A stretch of DNA of 25,127 nucleotides from a virus (Duplodnaviria > Caudoviricetes). Positions 25,038 to 25,127 of this stretch are shown one piece after another. The notes beneath the pieces were generated by a model that saw nothing but the letters and a program-made list of their open reading frames with translations, made no database searches and was not told where the DNA came from. Position numbers and translations under genes: made by a program. Within the stretch, counting starts at the first letter, position 1; each line of letters begins with the position of its first letter. Location of the stretch: positions 1-25,127 of IMG/VR virus record IMGVR_UViG_3300017747_001290; one strand, written 5' to 3'.

Positions 25038-25127
25038 CTAATGCAGCTTCAGAGCTATGCCAGCCAAGCCGGTGATAATCGCACCCGCTGTCACCATAAG
25101 GATTGTCTCAAGCCGCTTTAGCCGTGC
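25038..25127 (-). CDS. C-terminal fragment of a small coiled-coil plus transmembrane protein (XhlA/holin-like)
   Basis: Translated by hand as ...ARLKRLETILMVTAGAIITGLAGIALKLH*; ends 2 nt before the next ATG. Confidence 0.7.
   Translation of the reverse strand, partial: ARLKRLETILMVTAGAIITGLAGIALKLH

Larger units (their letters stand above)
1..25127. mobile_element. Tailed dsDNA phage (podovirus-like) genome segment with convergent replication and virion/lysis modules
   Basis: All recognisable genes are phage-type, densely packed with ATGA/TGATG/TAATG overlaps. No host housekeeping genes or integrase are visible. There is a tail nozzle plus large internal virion proteins rather than a long-tail module. 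Confidence 0.95.

Noticed and set aside
1-25127. tRNA/rRNA genes, integrase/att site, reverse transcriptase or diversity-generating retroelement, introns/inteins
   Set aside because: There is almost no intergenic space and no diagnostic motifs were seen by eye. A covariance-model scan was not possible.

Overview
The window is a 25-kb piece of a tailed dsDNA phage with podovirus-type organisation, made of two convergent, tightly packed gene blocks. The + strand (1-8318) is a replication module: the C-terminus of a family-A DNA polymerase, a dCMP deaminase, a solo Cas4-like nuclease, VRR-NUC, a SNF2-like helicase, a putative Zn-binding SSB, an HTH protein and an AEP/DUF927 primase-helicase. The - strand (25127-8320) is a late module: lysis genes, a tail nozzle protein, small virion proteins and three internal/ejection proteins, the last being a 2643-aa polyvalent-type protein. 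The most notable observation is a 59-aa basic gene with its own Shine-Dalgarno site, resembling a DUF6496-type protein, overprinted in the +1 frame inside the giant gene. Also notable: an unannotated 51-aa Cys4/Lys-rich gene; a [YF]xxGG motif shared by several late proteins; four clamp-binding-like QxxMF/LF motifs and a three-copy helical repeat in the giant protein; and a hairpin that spans both convergent stop codons. Family names come from motif recognition by eye; no database search was run.
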